Positions 53,733 to 54,099 of a stretch of DNA of 54,099 nucleotides are shown here, piece after piece (position 1 is the stretch's first letter; the number at the start of each line of letters is the position of its first letter). This DNA comes from a virus. Taxonomy: Duplodnaviria > Caudoviricetes. The notes under the pieces are model-generated. The model saw only the letters and a program-made list of their open reading frames with translations, ran no database searches and was not told where the DNA came from. Location: the IMG/VR virus record IMGVR_UViG_3300037502_000458, positions 1 to 54,099 of that record. One strand, written 5' to 3'. The position numbers and the translations under genes are program-made.

Positions 53733-53883
53733 TTCTGAATCCTGATAGTTTTCTTGCTCTGGATCGGGCCGCTGGACGTAACACCTTCTTGTACTTCCAT
53801 GGCACCAGATACAAATAGTTTTCAATAACAACCGTTAGGTCATCTATCAACTCTTGCACAATCTTCTGTTCAGGAGTCACCAC
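53701..53883 (-). CDS. hypothetical protein
   Basis: GAGGA SD; fits operon. Confidence 0.5.
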   Translation of the reverse strand: MVTPEQKIVQELIDDLTVVIENYLYLVPWKYKKVLRPAARSRARKLSGFRNDPRRNPQSR

Positions 53884-53892
53884 AACCCATCC

Positions 53893-54099
53893 TCAATCGT
53901 CATAACCTCGGATGTGCGGGTACGAGTTTTGGACAGGTCTTTGGATGACAGGACTGGGTGGTCGTGAGACAGAAGAACTTTCGGGAACGGCCACTGGAGT
54001 TTGGGTGATGCGCTCCCAGTAAACGTGCTTGGACTTCTTTGTCTTTCTGACTTTCCCTTCTTCATGGAGCCTCCTAAGATGATCGGTCGCTGTATGGAC
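53893..54099 (-). CDS. 3' part of putative winged-HTH protein (...VHTATDHLRRLHEEGKVRKTK...QNSYPHIRGYDD)
   Basis: Open frame from the window end; recognition helix plus wing pattern LRRLHEEGKV..K...VYW. Confidence 0.6.
   Translation of the reverse strand, partial: VHTATDHLRRLHEEGKVRKTKKSKHVYWERITQTPVAVPESSSVSRPPSPVIQRPVQNSYPHIRGYDD

Noticed and set aside
53877-54065. 62-aa ORF from the ORF track
   Set aside because: The overlapping frame 53893-54099 gives a more plausible winged-HTH that joins the window start

Overview
This window looks like an essentially complete, circularly permuted ~54 kb tailed-phage genome (Caudoviricetes, podovirus-type gene set). A proteobacterial host is inferred from sigma70 promoters and YdaU, RusA and Rap1a genes. 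A short + strand operon (0.46-2.86 kb: SSB-like protein, PD-(D/E)XK exonuclease) diverges from a Cro/YdaS-like gene. Everything else is on the - strand: accessory ORFs, two DUF1376/YdaU genes with iterons, primase Zn-finger, SF4 helicase, RusA, a VUT/YhhQ transporter plus TGT/DpdA-like pair, Ref-like nuclease, TerS/TerL, portal, GroES-like protein, scaffold, capsid, adaptors, tail fibres, GH108 lysin, nozzle and ejection proteins. I recognised no integrase, CI repressor, DNA polymerase, reverse transcriptase, tRNA or CRISPR array. The most unusual signals are: (1) a promoter, C4-like antisense switch and ~300-nt closed structured RNA between terL and the head genes; (2) a second C4-like switch ahead of the replication initiator; (3) a ~340-nt structured terS leader with anti-Shine-Dalgarno loops and a T-loop; (4) a salvage-only 7-deazaguanine module; (5) a phi-[AK]-x-G-G peptide motif shared by five virion-module proteins; (6) RTX-type Ca2+ repeats in a putative ejection protein. 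All family calls come from motif recognition and all RNA folds were done by eye; no searches were run.
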